A stretch of DNA of 64,000 nucleotides, taken from assembly GCA_965140415.1 (NCBI GenBank), contig OZ223209.1, forward strand, positions 5,088,001 to 5,152,000, read 5' to 3'. Shown one piece after another: positions 20,484-31,400 of this stretch. The stretch comes from Myxococcota bacterium (GTDB lineage: Bacteria; Myxococcota_A; SURF-8). A program made the position numbers and the translations under genes. Each line of letters begins with the position of its first letter. The stretch's first letter is position 1. The notes under the pieces are model-generated. The model had not been told where the DNA came from. It saw only the letters and a program-made list of their open reading frames with translations, and did not search any database.

Positions 20484-20727
20484 ATCATTCAATTACTACA
20501 ACTTCTCTGTTGAAACCGACCCGACGAATCAAGTTGGTCTACCCGAACTAAAATTGTCGCCTAACATATTGACATCGAATCCATATCACATTTCAGCACA
20601 TCCAGCAACTTAATCATCTGACCCATGTGTTTGAGTAGCGTTTTCTGGCCAGCTACGACGATAAGAATCATTGCAGCTTAAATCAAGACACTTTAGACAA
20701 CCAACGTTTCTTCCTTCTTCCCCTATC

Positions 20728-22149
20728 CTACTTCTTTCTGCGTTGTCCGCTACGTCCCTTGCGGGGTGGACGGCGTCGGCGCGTGGAGGCTTCCAATATC
20801 GCCTCGTGGTCGTCGTTCTTGCCACTCTTGCGGCAGAACAGCTTGATGGGCGTGCCTTCGAAACCGTATGCTTCGCGCAGGCGATTGACAAGATAACGCT
20901 CGTAAGAAAAGTACAGTCGCTGCGGATCGTTGACGGAAAGCATAAAGGTCGGCGGCTGTGCATCGACCTGGCTGATGTAATATACCTTCAACGCCTTGCC
21001 CTTGATGATCGGCGGCGGCGTTCGGCGTAACGTCGGTTCCAGCCAGCGGTTCAACTCACCGGTGGAGATGCGGCGTTTATGCTGCTCCACCACCAGATCG
21101 ACACGCTTCAAAATGGTTTCCACGCGCTGGCCTTCCTTGGCGGAAACGAAAATGATCGGCGCATAGGGGATGAACTTGAGCCGGTCGCGAATGTCCTTGG
21201 CCATTTCACCGGCGGTGTAAGTGTCTTTTTCCACCAGATCCCATTTGTTGACCACAACCACCGAGGCCAGCCCCTTGTTATGGGCAAAACCGGCGATCTT
21301 GGTATCCTGATCGGTCACACCCTCGCGGGCATCCAGCATGATCAACGCCACGTCCGCGCGATCCATGGCCTTCAACGCCTTGACGATCGTGCGTTTTTCC
21401 TGCACCTGGTTGATGTTCTTCTTGCGCCGGATTCCGGCGGTGTCGATCAGGCGATAGTCCTTGCCGTCTCTCGTGATGACCGAGTCGATGGCATCGCGGG
21501 TCGTGCCGGGAATGTTGGTGACGATGTGCCGGTTTTTACCGGTGAAGCGATTGATCAGGGTGGATTTTCCGACGTTGGGCTTGCCGATGACGGCGATGCG
21601 GGCATGATCGGTATTGGGAGCGGAATCGATGGGAATGCTGGGATGCTCCCGTTCCACATCCGCTTCCAGATCGCCCACGCCCAGGCCATGCTCGGCGGAA
21701 ATCGGCAGAATCGGCTCTACGCCCATCCGGTAGAAGTCGGCCACATTATCCTGCTGCCGGGGACCATCGACCTTATTGACAAGGTAATACACCGGCTTGG
21801 CCGTCTTGCGCAGATGATGCACCAGTTCCTCATCCGCATGCACCAGCCCCTCGCGACCATCCATCACGGCGAAAATAATGTCCGCCTCTTCAATGGCCAG
21901 CAGGCTCTGCTCGCGCATGGATACCAGCAGATCGTCGCTGGTTTCCGGCTCGAAGCCGCCCGTGTCGATGACCGTGTATTCGTAATCGTAGAACTTCGCC
22001 CGGCCATAATGACGGTCCACCGTCATGCCGGGTTGATCGTCCACAATGGCCTGTCGTCGCCTGACCAGGCGGTTAAACAACGTGGACTTACCCACATTGG
22101 GGCGACCCACCAGGGCAATAGAAAGATGTCGTACTTGTATAGCCGTCAT
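20728..22149 (-). CDS. der: Ribosome biogenesis GTPase Der (EngA)
   Basis: Two G domains (GRPNVGKS/DTGG/NKVD; GKPNVGKS/DTAG/NKWD) and KH-like C-terminus. Confidence 0.97.
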   Translation of the reverse strand: MTAIQVRHLSIALVGRPNVGKSTLFNRLVRRRQAIVDDQPGMTVDRHYGRAKFYDYEYTVIDTGGFEPETSDDLLVSMREQSLLAIEEADIIFAVMDGREGLVHADEELVHHLRKTAKPVYYLVNKVDGPRQQDNVADFYRMGVEPILPISAEHGLGVGDLEADVEREHPSIPIDSAPNTDHARIAVIGKPNVGKSTLINRFTGKNRHIVTNIPGTTRDAIDSVITRDGKDYRLIDTAGIRRKKNINQVQEKRTIVKALKAMDRADVALIMLDAREGVTDQDTKIAGFAHNKGLASVVVVNKWDLVEKDTYTAGEMAKDIRDRLKFIPYAPIIFVSAKEGQRVETILKRVDLVVEQHKRRISTGELNRWLEPTLRRTPPPIIKGKALKVYYISQVDAQPPTFMLSVNDPQRLYFSYERYLVNRLREAYGFEGTPIKLFCRKSGKNDDHEAILEASTRRRRPPRKGRSGQRRKK

Positions 22150-22155
22150 GGTTGC

Positions 22156-23082
22156 CTACTTGTATCCTAGTTCGTCCAGAGAATGCGGATCGTCCGTCCA
22201 GTTCTTGCGCACACGCACAAACAATTTAAGCCCGACTTCGGACTCGAAAAAGCGCTCCAGATCCTTGCGCGCCTTCTCGCCAATCTTCTTCAGCGTCGCT
22301 CCGCCCTTGCCGATAACGATGCCCTTCTGGCTTTCGCGTTCGATCACCAGATCCGCATCGATATGATAGCGCGTGCCGCCGTCCAATTCCAAAAACCGCT
22401 GAATGAATACGCCCAGCGAATACGGAACTTCGTCGCGCAGCACCAGCATCGTTTTCTCGCGCACGATCTCACTGGCCAGAAAACGCATGGTGCGATCTGT
22501 GACCATATCTTCCGGGTAATAGGGCGGCCCCTCCGGCATCAACTCGCGCGTGGATGTCACCAACTGCTCGACCCCGTCGCCGGTGCGCGCCGAAACCAGG
22601 TGTATCTGGTCGAATTCGAACATGTTGCGCTGCCGGTCGATAAACGGCAGCAACGCCTCTTTGCTCTCCAGATCGACTTTGTTGATCACCAGGAAAACGG
22701 GACGTCCAGCCTTGGCCAGTTCTTCCAGAATTCGCCGGTTGCCCTCGCCCATATCCTCGCGTTTCGTGAACTTGGGACCGACTTCCATCATGAAATAAAC
22801 GACATCGCCTTCCTGCATGGTTGCAATGGCGGTGTCGATCATGTAACGGTTCAGCTTTCCCTTGGCCTGATGAATGCCGGGGGTGTCGAGGTAAACGATC
22901 TGGCCGTCGTCGAAGTGGCGCACGCCCACAATGCGCTGGCGCGTGGTCTGCGGCTTATGCGTGGTAATGGCGATCCGCTCCCCCAGAATACGGTTCATCA
23001 AGGTGCTTTTTCCCACGTTGGGCCGCCCGATGATGGCCACAAAGCCCGAGCGGTAGTGGATGGGTTCTGCGTTTTCTGTCAT
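22156..23082 (-). CDS. era: GTPase Era
   Basis: GRPNVGKSTL, PQTTR, DTPG, NKVD, EVPYS, KGIVIGKGG; start set at MTENAEP after AAAGGA. Confidence 0.97.
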   Translation of the reverse strand: MTENAEPIHYRSGFVAIIGRPNVGKSTLMNRILGERIAITTHKPQTTRQRIVGVRHFDDGQIVYLDTPGIHQAKGKLNRYMIDTAIATMQEGDVVYFMMEVGPKFTKREDMGEGNRRILEELAKAGRPVFLVINKVDLESKEALLPFIDRQRNMFEFDQIHLVSARTGDGVEQLVTSTRELMPEGPPYYPEDMVTDRTMRFLASEIVREKTMLVLRDEVPYSLGVFIQRFLELDGGTRYHIDADLVIERESQKGIVIGKGGATLKKIGEKARKDLERFFESEVGLKLFVRVRKNWTDDPHSLDELGYK

Positions 23083-23305
23083 ATCCGTTTCCTTTAACTG
23101 GCCACGACTGCAACAACGGACTCCGTCCGTTGGTCGCCGCCTATGAAAGTCGTTTACGGTTGTAGCCGCACCGGCCCGAATTTGCAAGCAATGGATTGGG
23201 AAAAACGTCCTGATTTGACTTTCCATTTTGCACACCTCATGCTATAAGGCTAGCCTTACGGAAGCCGAATAGGGAAGACAACCTCTTGACAGTACAGAAC
23301 AAACG

Positions 23306-24229
23306 ATGGCGCTTGAACGAACGGAAATAAACGCGAAACGGCTGTTGGCCGCCGCCTTGGCGCTGGTATTATTGGCACTGGTTTTGTGGTCGATACTGTT
23401 CTATCGCAACCTGAATGCCGCCACCCCCGAATTCGAGGAATGGCAGGCGGCGGCGCAAGCGATTCAGCAGGAAATGCAAGCAGGCGACGCAGTAGCCATT
23501 ACTCCCTTCTGGGCGACGATGGGTGAGCGGGCTTTCGTCGAAGCGGGGCTGTCCTATCAGTATCTCCGCTGGATTGCCCAGGAAGACTGGCCCGGCGTGA
23601 AACGATTGTGGGTGGTGGAAGGCTACGACCGCTTCGTGGATCGGGACGAACTGCTGGCTAAAGGGGCGGTTTTACAGGAAACCAGAAGTATCGGTCCATT
23701 GAACGTACAGCGTTTCGAATTGCCCTCGCCGGGCGGACCGGTGTTCGACTTTTACGATCACCTGAGCGAAGCCCAGGTCTATACCAAACGCAACGGAAAG
23801 CGGGACGAGTGCTCCTCCTGGAACGAAAAGGAACGGAAATTTTCCTGTTCGTTGCGGCAGCAGTGGCACTATGTCGGCCAACTCACCCAGGAAATCGGCG
23901 ACGCCGTGCGCCACACCATCTGGTGTCATCCGGTGCGCGGAAAAGAGATTCACATCCGTTTCGAGCAGGTGCCGATCAGGCAAAAGCTGGTCATTCACAG
24001 CGGCTTGACCGATTACGCCGTCGCCGATAAAAACGGCGGCAAGGTATTTATCGACGCATGGGTGGACGGCAAACGCATCGGGCAGGCCGTGCAGGAAAAC
24101 GTGGACGGCTGGCATCGACACGCCTTCGAGTTGAAAAATCCGACTGGGAAGCCGCATACGGTGGAATTCGTCGTCACCACCCCGCGCGACGGGCGACGGC
24201 ATTTTTCCTTTAACGCCTACGGGCAATAA
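23306..24229 (+). CDS. Membrane-anchored hypothetical protein with C-terminal beta-sandwich domain
   Basis: Single N-terminal TM helix; 307-aa ORF immediately upstream of the GT-C gene. Confidence 0.75.
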   Translation: MALERTEINAKRLLAAALALVLLALVLWSILFYRNLNAATPEFEEWQAAAQAIQQEMQAGDAVAITPFWATMGERAFVEAGLSYQYLRWIAQEDWPGVKRLWVVEGYDRFVDRDELLAKGAVLQETRSIGPLNVQRFELPSPGGPVFDFYDHLSEAQVYTKRNGKRDECSSWNEKERKFSCSLRQQWHYVGQLTQEIGDAVRHTIWCHPVRGKEIHIRFEQVPIRQKLVIHSGLTDYAVADKNGGKVFIDAWVDGKRIGQAVQENVDGWHRHAFELKNPTGKPHTVEFVVTTPRDGRRHFSFNAYGQ

Positions 24230-24261
24230 TCGACCGAGTGACACGGGACGCGAAACACGCG

Positions 24262-26322
24262 ATGACAGAATATTACAAGGACAAACCGAAACGCCTGCTG
24301 CTACTGATCGTAGCGCTGCTGCTGTTGGCGGGGCACTTTACCTGGATCGCCTCGACCTGGCAGGGTATGGGCTACACCAAGGACGAAGGCTACTACTTCA
24401 GCGCCTCCAAGGACAATTTCGGCTGGTACCGCAACTTCGCCGCCTCCATCGTAGACGGCGAACCGCTACGCGCCTTCGAGCCCAGAGTCATCGACCGCTA
24501 CTGGCGTAACAACCACGAACACCCCCCGTTCTGCAAAGCGGTGCAGGGTTTCCACCATATGATCTGGTACGAAAAGCTTGGCTGGTTGAATTTCGGCAAC
24601 AGCCATCGCATGGCGACCTGGAGTTTCTCCGCATTGCTGGTGGTATTCATGCTGCTGCTGGCAACCGAATGGATGAGCTTGGGCTGGGCGATCTTCTCGC
24701 TGATGCTGCTATTCACCCTGCCGCGTGTCTTTTTCCACAATCATTTGAACACCTTCGACATGCCGGTCACAGCCATGTGGTTTGTCATTGCCTATGCCTT
24801 CCGGCGTTCGATGGAGTCCGTTCGCTGGGGCTGGATTACGGGTGTATTGCTGGGAGTGGGTCTGGCGACGAAAAACAATGCCTACTTCCTGCCGGTGCTC
24901 TTTGCCATCATGTATCTGTATTCCGATTACCGGAAGGAATTCTTCCGTTCGCTATGGAATGCTCCACGCAGCCTGATCCGCGCCCGCTGGTATACCCTGC
25001 TGATCGGCGCGATTCTGCTTTTCGCGCCACTTGCCGCCTGGCTGATCGATGCGGATTCGTTTAACACGGTGCTGCTGCTGGATCTAATCGCCGTCAACCT
25101 GTTGATCGCCTATCACTATCTCAGGCCAAATCCGACCATCCCCCGACACCTGGCTCCGATCTGGCCTTCGATCTTTACTGCACCGTTCACCTTTTTCCTG
25201 CTGTGGCCCTGGATCTGGCATTCGACCTGGCCGCGATTGGGCGTTTATTTCAATCGCCACCTGCATCCCCCGGCATGGGAAACCTATTACCTGCACGACA
25301 TCATCGTCAATCCGCCGCCCTTCCCCTGGCATTATCCCTTTGTGATGTCGGCCTATACGATTCCGGCGGCTGTCTTGTTCCTGATCCTGGTCGGCTTCGT
25401 ATTGCTATTGGCCAATGGACGTGTAGCGGATGTCAAACACAACCTGTGGCGGCAGATGACCGGACGCGAGCCTTTAAAGGAGCGCAGTCCCTTATTGACC
25501 CGCTACGAAGCGAAAACGCAGCCAGCCGTCATCGATGCCAAGTGGGACCAGTTGTTCATTCTCGTAAACATCCTGCTGCCGATCTTGATCATCGCCAATC
25601 CCAAAACGCCGATTTACGGTGGCACCAAGCACTGGATGAACGCCGCGCCATATTATTGTATCGCCGCTACGTTGGCATTGCGCTGGATCGTCAACACGCT
25701 GGCCAATGGCATGCAACTGAAGACCAACGCCAAAACGGCCCTGACCGTCGTTCTAGCGGCGCTCTGCCTGATTCCCGGCCTGCTTGGAATTCGCAACACG
25801 CATCCCAATACCCTGTCGTATTACAACGAAATCATGGGTGGAAGCATCGCCGCTCCGGAAGTCGGCGTGCAGCGCACTTTCTGGGCCGTTTCCACAAGAC
25901 AGACGCTGGAGTATATCAACAAGCACACCCCGGAAAACGGCAGCTTGTGGTTCAACAACACACCGTGGGACAGCTTCAGGGCTTATCAGACGGACGGCTT
26001 CCTGCGGCAGGATATCCGCCGCGCGAGAAACGAGCGGGAAGCCGATTTCGCGGTGATGAATCACTGGCGTTACTACACCGACGGCCTGTACAAAATCCGC
26101 GATGACTACAACGCCAAATATGGAGCTGCGTTTAGTGAAATCAACGGCTTACCGTTAACGGTCGTAGTCAAGAACAACAATAAGATCAGCCGACAGGATC
26201 GCAGGAACCAGCGAAAGAGCAGGAAGAGCGATCCCGCCGAAAAACGAAACAGCAAACCGACTTCGCCACCCAAACCGGAAGGTAAACGCGCTCCCACCGT
26301 TCCGCTGACACCGCGCCCATAG
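24262..26322 (+). CDS. GT-C fold glycosyltransferase (GT39/ArnT/PMT-like)
   Basis: Polytopic membrane protein; KDEGYY loop motif, EHPPF, FDMP, GLATK, LSYYNE. Confidence 0.8.
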   Translation: MTEYYKDKPKRLLLLIVALLLLAGHFTWIASTWQGMGYTKDEGYYFSASKDNFGWYRNFAASIVDGEPLRAFEPRVIDRYWRNNHEHPPFCKAVQGFHHMIWYEKLGWLNFGNSHRMATWSFSALLVVFMLLLATEWMSLGWAIFSLMLLFTLPRVFFHNHLNTFDMPVTAMWFVIAYAFRRSMESVRWGWITGVLLGVGLATKNNAYFLPVLFAIMYLYSDYRKEFFRSLWNAPRSLIRARWYTLLIGAILLFAPLAAWLIDADSFNTVLLLDLIAVNLLIAYHYLRPNPTIPRHLAPIWPSIFTAPFTFFLLWPWIWHSTWPRLGVYFNRHLHPPAWETYYLHDIIVNPPPFPWHYPFVMSAYTIPAAVLFLILVGFVLLLANGRVADVKHNLWRQMTGREPLKERSPLLTRYEAKTQPAVIDAKWDQLFILVNILLPILIIANPKTPIYGGTKHWMNAAPYYCIAATLALRWIVNTLANGMQLKTNAKTALTVVLAALCLIPGLLGIRNTHPNTLSYYNEIMGGSIAAPEVGVQRTFWAVSTRQTLEYINKHTPENGSLWFNNTPWDSFRAYQTDGFLRQDIRRARNEREADFAVMNHWRYYTDGLYKIRDDYNAKYGAAFSEINGLPLTVVVKNNNKISRQDRRNQRKSRKSDPAEKRNSKPTSPPKPEGKRAPTVPLTPRP

Positions 26323-26378
26323 AAAAGGCCAACGTCACACGCAACAAGCCGTTATCATAAAGTATTACAGGATTTCCT

Positions 26379-27086
26379 ATGCCCAGACGCCCTCGTGTAA
26401 AACCCAGCCAGCCCCGGCGCCCCTTTTACGATGAAGAAGGATACGACAAAACCAACCCGTACCTGGACCGTGTGCTGGAACGTTACCCCGAACGTCTGAT
26501 CCATCCCACCCAAGCGCTGGCCAGAAAAGGTCACTGGCGCGAGTGGAGCGAGGGACGTCCGATTCATGTCGAGATCGGTCCCGGAAAAGGCCGGTTTATA
26601 ACAGAGTACGCACTCGCACACCCGGAAGCGGCGGTCATCGGAATCGAAATTCGCTTTCAACGCTTCTATCGGGTAAGCAAACGCCTGCATGAAGCCGGTG
26701 CGTTCAACGGATACATGATGCGCTTCGACGCCAATTACCTGGATTTCATCTTCGCCCCCGGTGAACTGGATCACGTATTCCTGCAATTCCCCGATCCCTG
26801 GGCGGGAAAGAACCGCCATCGCTACCTGAAGATGCTGGATGATACCTTTGCCGCCAAGCTGCACCACCTGCTTGCACCGGGCGGGGTATTCGAAGTCAAA
26901 ACGGATCATCAAGAACGCTTTGGGGAGTATGTGAAAACCATGCAGAACAGCGCTTTCGATCTGGTTTGCCACACGCGCGATCTGGTCCACTCCGATATCG
27001 CTCACGATAATATCGAAACGATCTTCGAAGAAAAGTTCCGCGAACGCGGTCTGCCTGCCTGTTACTTGAAAGCGGTAAAACCGTAA
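26379..27086 (+). CDS. trmB: tRNA (guanine-N7)-methyltransferase
   Basis: VEIGPGKGRF, IGIEIR, QFPDPW, KTDH, ETIFEEKF. Confidence 0.92.
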   Translation: MPRRPRVKPSQPRRPFYDEEGYDKTNPYLDRVLERYPERLIHPTQALARKGHWREWSEGRPIHVEIGPGKGRFITEYALAHPEAAVIGIEIRFQRFYRVSKRLHEAGAFNGYMMRFDANYLDFIFAPGELDHVFLQFPDPWAGKNRHRYLKMLDDTFAAKLHHLLAPGGVFEVKTDHQERFGEYVKTMQNSAFDLVCHTRDLVHSDIAHDNIETIFEEKFRERGLPACYLKAVKP

Positions 27087-27131
27087 CGTTTCCCCTGCTG
27101 TCGGTCTATGCAGAGTCTATTTTAGTTTTTA

Positions 27132-27193
27132 TAGCGGCGGAGCGTAAGTCCGCCGTTTTCAAGATGTTTTTCGGCGGGTTTATGCCTCGCTGT
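27132..27193. repeat. GTAG-type REP doublet, copy 2
   Basis: TAGCGGCGGAGCGTAAGTCCGCCG...CGGCGGGTTTATGCCTCGCTG, homologous to 4501-4568. Confidence 0.7.
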
Positions 27194-27471
27194 CTGTTTT
27201 CTACATTGATGAAATCAAGCGAAAACGGTTATAGACGGTCCCTCGCAGCTAATAGAAATAACAGAAGAAACCCGAAAATCTGTCAGTCCAAGCTATGCAG
27301 AAAAGTTTCCATTGCAGCCGCTGCTGTGCAAGTTCTGCATATTATTTTCATGCTTTTGCAGATCCTGAATAGCCATTCAACTAGACACTTGTGTTCAGCA
27401 AGAAGATATATACTTGATATTTCTATGGATTCCACCGATCCACGTTAAACCTCATCAAAACAAACCTACAC

Positions 27472-27488
27472 TTGGCACAATGCTTGCT
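27472..27488 (+). promoter_or_regulatory. Sigma54 (-24/-12) promoter
   Basis: TTGGCAC-AATGC-TTGCT is an exact match to TGGCAC-N5-TTGC(A/T), 40 bp upstream of ATG 27529. Confidence 0.75.
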
Positions 27489-27528
27489 ACTTTATTTACT
27501 CAATCTCGCTGCTATTGTGGAGGCACAA

Positions 27529-27717
27529 ATGGCCCAGAACACCAGTTGTGAAGCACAGAAGAAAGAGCATAGCCAATTTGTTCCGGGCTTGAACACTGAA
27601 GTTGAAAAGGTGGTATGCATTGAATGCCAGCGCAAAGTCGATCCGAAACACACGGTAATCGTTTCCGCCAAAGGCGGCGTGCGCTACCATTTGTGTATGA
27701 AGCATGTAGCTAAGTAG
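27529..27717 (+). CDS. Small (62 aa) putative Zn-finger protein, CxxC...CxxH
   Basis: GGAGG RBS; CIEC and CMKH motifs; preceded by a sigma54 consensus. Confidence 0.65.
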   Translation: MAQNTSCEAQKKEHSQFVPGLNTEVEKVVCIECQRKVDPKHTVIVSAKGGVRYHLCMKHVAK

Positions 27718-27752
27718 ACACTCACTAGAGACTCTCCATCAAGCGCAATAGC

Positions 27753-27781
27753 TTGACTTGGTTCCTGCCCTCTGCTATTAT
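27753..27781 (+). promoter_or_regulatory. Sigma70-type promoter for lipoprotein operon
   Basis: TTGACT-17 bp-TATTAT with extended -10 TG. Confidence 0.6.
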
Positions 27782-27835
27782 GACGGCCCAAGCAGAGGGT
27801 AGGGGCCCCCTCCCTCATTGGGGAGGAAAATCAAG

Positions 27836-28462
27836 ATGTTACAACAAATTTCAGTTACAATTTTAGCGGTTTTGCTGGGTGGAATCCTGTTGCTGTCCTG
27901 TAGCAGAGTTCAGCCCCAGGCATCGCGTGCGTTCACCTACGATCCGCAGGTTCAGGCCAAGGTGTATTTTCCTCACCAGGTCGGTAACAGTTGGACCTAC
28001 GATGTGGAAGAATTTACGCCCAACAGCGATGAGCCGATGCGTAGCGCGTTGATTACGCGCGTAGAATCGGAAGACGGCGAATCCTTTACGCTGAGCACCG
28101 GCGATCAGCAGGTGCGGCATTGCGTCGCCGCCGACGGCATCCTTCGACTGCCCAGCAACAACTACTTGATTCATCAACCGATCGAACCGGGACAATCCTG
28201 GGAGATTCTAAATAATGGCATCTCCGGAACGGCCAGCATTCTATCCGTCGATGAAAAAGCCATCACCAACGCGGGCGTCTTTTCCGATTGCCTGCTGATC
28301 GAGGAACGCTATCCCGAAGCCGCCATGACCATTCGCTATACCTTCGCTCCGAATATTGGTCTGGTGCGTGTGGAGAACTTCGCCGAGTTGGAGGGAGAGT
28401 CCTTTATGCTGCTGCGTCTCGCCTTGCGGATCTATCGCGTGCAGCGCCCTGACAAGAGGTAA
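27836..28462 (+). CDS. Hypothetical lipoprotein (no DGD tract)
   Basis: Lipobox LLSC; YFPHQVGNSWTY, NAGVFSDC, YTFAPNIGLVR; GGAGG RBS. Confidence 0.8.
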   Translation: MLQQISVTILAVLLGGILLLSCSRVQPQASRAFTYDPQVQAKVYFPHQVGNSWTYDVEEFTPNSDEPMRSALITRVESEDGESFTLSTGDQQVRHCVAADGILRLPSNNYLIHQPIEPGQSWEILNNGISGTASILSVDEKAITNAGVFSDCLLIEERYPEAAMTIRYTFAPNIGLVRVENFAELEGESFMLLRLALRIYRVQRPDKR

Positions 28463-28464
28463 TC

Positions 28465-31400
28465 ATGAGCCGTATTCCGAATCGCCTCGCCGCGTTGCTG
28501 TTTCTTCTAACTCTATTCTGTTTGAATGGCTGCGGGATGTTTCTGGAAAACGACTGTCCCCCCGGCTGGTTGATGAACGCTACCGGCGACTGCATCGATC
28601 CAAGCTCGCTGATTCCCGATGGTGACGGCCCGGAAACCTTGCATCCCTGCCCCGAAGGCTATTTCTTAAACGGCATGGGCTACTGCCAACAAAAACCGGA
28701 TCTCGATAAAGACAATGCAGACCTCCCCGACCGGGATCCATCCGAGTTTCCAGACGGCGACGAAGACTTCGGTCATGACGAGCCGGTGATAGACGGCGAC
28801 AGCCCGGTGCATACCACCCCCTGCGATTCTGATGCCGATTGTCCCTTCGGCAATTTGTGTCATACAGACATCGATGGCGGCATCTGCTGGCCCTCCTGCC
28901 GGGAAAACTGGGAATGCAAAGTCTGGCTGAACGACGGCTTCTGCAATTCCGAACAGCGCTGCATTCACAAACCTGCGGATGGTCCCTGCGATGATGACGC
29001 GCAATGCCCCTTCGGCGAAGTCTGCCACGACCAGGTCGAAGGCGGTCTATGCCATCCGCTCTGTTATCGTGAAGGCGACTGCGACCAGATCGCCATCGAA
29101 TACTTCTGCAACAGCGAAAACCGCTGCGCGCCCGATCCCGGCGAAGAACCCTGCGAGCGCGACTCCGACTGCGGCCTGGATGAAGTCTGCCACCTACAGA
29201 TCGGCGAAGGCGAATGCCACCCGGAATGCTTTGTAAGCTATGAGTGCAACAACTACGGAGTGGATGAATACATCTGCAACGCGGCTCAGCAATGCATTCC
29301 CGATCCTGGCGACGACGGCTGCGAAGACGATTACGTGTGCGAGTTCGGCAATGTCTGCCATCCCGAAGTAGACGGCGGCGCAGGCCGTTGCCTGGCAACC
29401 TGCACCGACCGGGCCTTTTGTCAGGCCATCGAATCCAGCCTGTTCTGCAATGCCTACGCACGCTGTACCTATCCTCCCGCCGGAGCAGGCTGCGTGGAAA
29501 CAGCGGACTGTCCCATCAATTCCGTCTGCCATCCCGAAGCCGGTACGGACGGCACCTGCGCGCCTCCCTGCGACAGCCACTCGGATTGTGAACTGATCGA
29601 TTCGAATCTCGCCTGTAACGCGTTAGGGCGCTGCATACCGGATCTGGTAACCGATGGCGATATCGTGGTCGACGGCGACCATCAACCCGACGGCGATCTG
29701 GACGACGTTCCCGATGGCGATCTGGATCTGGAACCGGAGCAGGAAGAAGATACGACTTCCGGCTGCGTCCGGCTGGGTCAGGGTTCGGTGTATACCATCA
29801 ATATCAAAACGGCCTGGCTAACGGTTTTGGCCACCAAGGATGGGCAGAATTACATCGATCCCACCGGCCAGAGCGGCATTTACATTCGCGACAACACCAG
29901 CGGCATGCAGGTCAAGGTGATTTCCAATTTCAGCGACGGCGGCACCCTGCCACCGGTGGAAATCGTACAAGGCGACTACAACCTGATCGCGCAGAACCGC
30001 TACAGTCAACGGCAAACGGTGGTGAACAACACCATCATCAACCGCGACCGCACGATCGAAGTCCCCTTCCCCTTCCACACCATTACGCTGCATTTAAAGA
30101 AAAACGGGCAGCCTTTCCCGCTGCTGGATCAAGCCTATCGCGGCTCGCTGTATATGGTCGACCGCTCGACCCGGCGAAAGCATTTCATTGCCGAAACAGG
30201 TGGCGACACTCGCGATTTCAATATCGATGTCTTCAGCGGCAGCTATGACATCCTGTTCGAAGGTTACCTGGCCAATCAACCGAACTCCTTCCAGATCGAC
30301 ACCCTGATCGATAACGAAAGCGTTACCGAAGACCGCGAATTGATCCTGGATCTGGAAACGGTCACGCTGTCCGGGTCGATCACCATCAACGGTCAGGCAC
30401 CACCCGCCGATGAAGACGGACGCGGCGAAGTCTGGCTGATCAACGCCGTCAAAGGGAACCGTTTCCCCTTCTGGCCGCTGGGAACCACCGGATCGGTGCT
30501 GTTCGAACGCGAACTACTGGCAGACACCTATTTCATCGCTTATTCCCCGCAAGGTAACGACGGCGAATCCTACCTCTGGCGCGAGCAGCAACCCAAGTCC
30601 TGGTTGAGCAACGCGACCTCGGTGCTTATGGATATCCCGCGCGTACACGTACAGGGACAGATCCTCGCCGCCGGGCAACCGCTCTCGAACATGGATCACG
30701 TCAACCTGGATCGCGGACAGGTTTATTTAGTCGATCAAACCAGCAGCGAACAACTGCTGCTGGCGGATCTGGGACGACAGGGGGATATCGATTTCGATCT
30801 GGATATCGGCCCGGGTCTGTACAGCTACCGCTTCGAGGGCCGCCTGCTGGACAACGAATACTTCGTAGGCCGTAGCTATCCGCCTATTACGCACAAGGTC
30901 GTCTGGAAAACCGACGTGGAGATCAATGAAGACGCCACTCTCTCCGTCGATCTCCCCCTGTTGCGCATTCATGGCCAGCTCACCAAAAACGGAGAAGCCT
31001 TGAGCAACGGTCCGTACGCCGCAGGAGAGTACGTCACGGTGCGCAGACAAAGCACCTATGAAGACCTCCCGATTCTGCATTTCGGCGATTTCACCGGTCC
31101 CAGCTATGAAGCCTTGCTGTTCCCCGCAACCTACGACATGCGCTACGCGGGATCGAGCCTGATGGGCTCCTTCCAGAATTTCTACGTGTACGACGAGTTC
31201 ATGCTCACCGACACCCAGCTTGAATTCGACATCGATTTCACCTCGAAGCTATTGGGACTGACCATCGAGCAGGGGGAAGCGGAAGGCACTTTAAGCGACC
31301 TGATCGACGACGGCGTTTTCAGCTACGCCGAAGTTCAAGTCGTGGACCACACCATCAACAACCGCACCACTGGGTCAACGCTGTTGCAGAACGGACGTTT

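Noticed and set aside
28820-29640. Repeated C-x5-CH motifs as heme c attachment sites
   Set aside because: Not CxxCH, and they sit in even-numbered 8-Cys disulfide-type repeats.
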